Positions 63,811 through 64,000 of a stretch of DNA of 64,000 nt are shown one piece after another. Position numbers and translations under genes: made by a program. Below the pieces are notes generated by a model. The model made no database searches, was not told where the DNA came from, and was given only the letters and a program-made list of their open reading frames with translations. The stretch's first letter is position 1; each line of letters starts with the position of its first letter. The stretch comes from Eledone cirrhosa (lineage: Eukaryota), in contig OZ024746.1 of assembly GCA_964016885.1 (NCBI GenBank), forward strand, positions 40,548,001 through 40,612,000. Reading direction: 5' to 3'.

Positions 63811-64000
63811 AACAAAGTGCAGGGCAATAAAGATAGACGGTAGTCACGGAATAGGCAGACCTAGAAAAACCTGGGACGAGCTGATAAACTCCGACATCAC
63901 ACACTTACACCTCTCCAAGACAATGTCACTGGACCGAGACCTTTGGCGGTACTCAGTATCAGAGAAGACCCGCCTTACCTAAATATATAGTAAAACCTAC

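Noticed and set aside
59500-63904. Many long Y/I/M/C/H-rich ORFs
   Set aside because: These are translations of TA/CA/TG microsatellites.

Overview
AT-rich, repeat-dense animal genomic DNA. The SINE/MITE set and long (TA)n/(CA)n tracts suggest a coleoid cephalopod such as an octopus (inference only). Two spliced minus-strand genes can be rebuilt by hand with consistent intron phases. (1) An apparently complete, divergent TRPC-family cation channel: ATG 42777, stop 15342, 11-12 coding exons, about 905-922 aa, with one GC-AG intron. (2) The 5' part of an SLC46 (PCFT/HCP1-like) MFS transporter, exons 7257-2395, probably continuing off the left edge. The rest is transposon-derived: two CR1/L2-group LINE copies, a CRE-like RLE retrotransposon with dispersed 3' tails, RTE, Tx1 and Penelope fragments, three Helitrons, piggyBac/mariner/hAT-like MITEs and tRNA-derived SINEs. 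Most notable unannotated signal: at least six sequence-distinct minimal type-I hammerhead-ribozyme-like motifs, mostly beside TA/CA microsatellites. Several have a pyrimidine mismatch closing stem II, two loci are inverted pairs, and two motifs lie in sense orientation inside introns of the two genes. Also present: two minisatellites (33 x 35 bp; about 35 x 69/75 bp) that arose inside RTE LINE coding fragments, and perfect palindromes/hairpins. There is no CRISPR array.
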